A stretch of DNA of 42,677 nt from Candidatus Aminicenantes bacterium (GTDB lineage: Bacteria; Acidobacteriota; Aminicenantia; Aminicenantales; Aminicenantaceae). Every line of letters starts with the position of its first letter. Position 1 is the first letter of the stretch. Positions 41,970 to 42,677 of this stretch are shown in pieces. Both the position numbers and the translations under genes were made by a program. Where the stretch lies: positions 1-42,677 of the forward strand of contig DAOVAM010000001.1 in assembly GCA_030671065.1 (NCBI GenBank), written 5' to 3'. The notes below the pieces were generated by a model. It ran no database searches. It was not told where the DNA came from and saw only the letters and a program-made list of their open reading frames with translations.

Positions 41970-42677
41970 ATGTTCGTAAGCCTCAAAGATAATCTCACAG
42001 AAACACGGAAAACTTTTAAAGAAAGATTCGAAGAGCTTCTTCGCGGCAGTCAAAGCCTGGACGAAACTCTGGATCAACTTGCTGAATCCATGCTTCTGGC
42101 AGATATTGGCGTGAGCTCGACTGAAAAAATAATTCATGCGATAAAAGAAAAAAGTAAAAAAAATGATTCGTTCCAGACAATCAAGGACAATCTGGAAGAG
42201 GAGATCATAAAGATACTCTCCCATTTCCCCTCCGAAATCGGCCTTGACCGTTCCCAGTCTGTCATCATGATGGTCGGTGTCAACGGCGGTGGAAAGACGA
42301 CCTCTCTGGCAAAATTGGCCTTCCATTTCAAGCAGAAAGGCAAAAGTATCCTGATGGTGGCAGCTGACACGTTCAGAGCTGCAGCTCAAGAACAGCTTAT
42401 TTTATGGGGAAAGAAATTGAATATTCCTGTTATAAAAGGCCAGTATGGGGCAGATCCTGCTGCAGTGGTCTATGACTCCATACATTCATTCAAGGCCCAT
42501 TCTTACCAACTTCTATTAGTCGACACAGCCGGAAGGATCAATACGAATGCAAATTTAATTAATGAGATGGAAAAGATCAATCGTGTCATCTCGAAACAAA
42601 TCGAAGGAGCCCCCCATGAGATCCTTCTCGTCCTGGATGCCACTGTAGGACAGAATGCACTGATCCAGGCTAAGGAA
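41970..42677 (+). CDS. ftsY: Signal recognition particle receptor FtsY (short form lacking an A domain), 3'-truncated by the window end
   Basis: I translated this myself because it is open to the window edge and absent from the ORF track. It reads 'MFVSLKDNLTETRKTF...', G1 'MMVGVNGGGKTTSLAKLA', 'VAADTFRAAAQEQL', G3 'LLVDTAGR' and 'LVLDATVGQNA'. Confidence 0.88.
   Translation, partial: MFVSLKDNLTETRKTFKERFEELLRGSQSLDETLDQLAESMLLADIGVSSTEKIIHAIKEKSKKNDSFQTIKDNLEEEIIKILSHFPSEIGLDRSQSVIMMVGVNGGGKTTSLAKLAFHFKQKGKSILMVAADTFRAAAQEQLILWGKKLNIPVIKGQYGADPAAVVYDSIHSFKAHSYQLLLVDTAGRINTNANLINEMEKINRVISKQIEGAPHEILLVLDATVGQNALIQAKE

Noticed and set aside
41898-42389. 163-aa minus-strand ORF overlapping the recJ start and extending upstream.
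   Set aside because: The opposite strand here encodes an unmistakable FtsY, with 'GVNGGGKTT' and 'DTAGR', which the ORF track missed because it runs off the window end. The minus-strand ORF is an antisense artefact.
1-42677. CRISPR arrays, IS elements or transposases, integrases, prophage genes, toxin-antitoxin pairs, tRNA and rRNA genes.
   Set aside because: I found no regularly spaced direct repeats, and no transposase, integrase or phage-like translations in any frame of the ORF track. I saw no conserved GGTTCGAATCC-type T-arm sequence. Apart from the element at 22554-22894, the window reads as core chromosome.

Overview
This 42.7-kb window is from a moderately AT-rich diderm bacterial chromosome, and I cannot assign the phylum from sequence alone. 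It is densely packed with conserved core genes and shows no defence island, prophage, IS element, CRISPR array, tRNA or rRNA.

Gene order by strand:
- (+) TSUP/TauE-family membrane protein, then DAACS-family symporter-rsmA, then ftsK and a fused LutB-LutA-like Fe-S oxidoreductase
- (-) HD-GYP protein
- (+) ECF sigma / zinc-finger anti-sigma pair
- (-) uvrA, a 1148-aa BNR/sortilin-type propeller protein, holB, PSP1/RicT
- (+) MrfA/YprA-type helicase carrying DUF1998
- (-) trkH-trkA
- (+) tolQ-tolR-tolA-tolB, then pal-cpoB-ssb, then a cupin
- (-) Sir2/CobB
- (+) an orphan 77-aa ORF behind a textbook sigma54 promoter
- (-) recJ, a 627-aa LptC/LptA-like protein, lptB-rpoN-hpf-ptsN-hprK-rapZ, then EIIA(Man)-ptsH-ptsI
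- (+) ftsY, 3'-truncated by the window end and absent from the supplied ORF track

Observations worth a second look:
1. A ~330-nt G+C-rich nested inverted-repeat element with no convincing ORF sits in the trkH/tolQ spacer. It is flanked by a TCAAAT direct repeat. It is either a large structured RNA or a MITE.
2. A perfect sigma54 promoter drives an unknown small basic protein.
3. One membrane-anchored 627-aa multi-jellyroll Lpt protein replaces separate LptC and LptA.
4. UvrA naturally lacks the roughly 100-aa insertion domain.
5. Consensus -35/-10 promoters end 7-10 nt before several start codons, which suggests leaderless mRNAs and fixes several start choices.

All product calls rest on motifs read by eye from the translations. 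No database search was possible.
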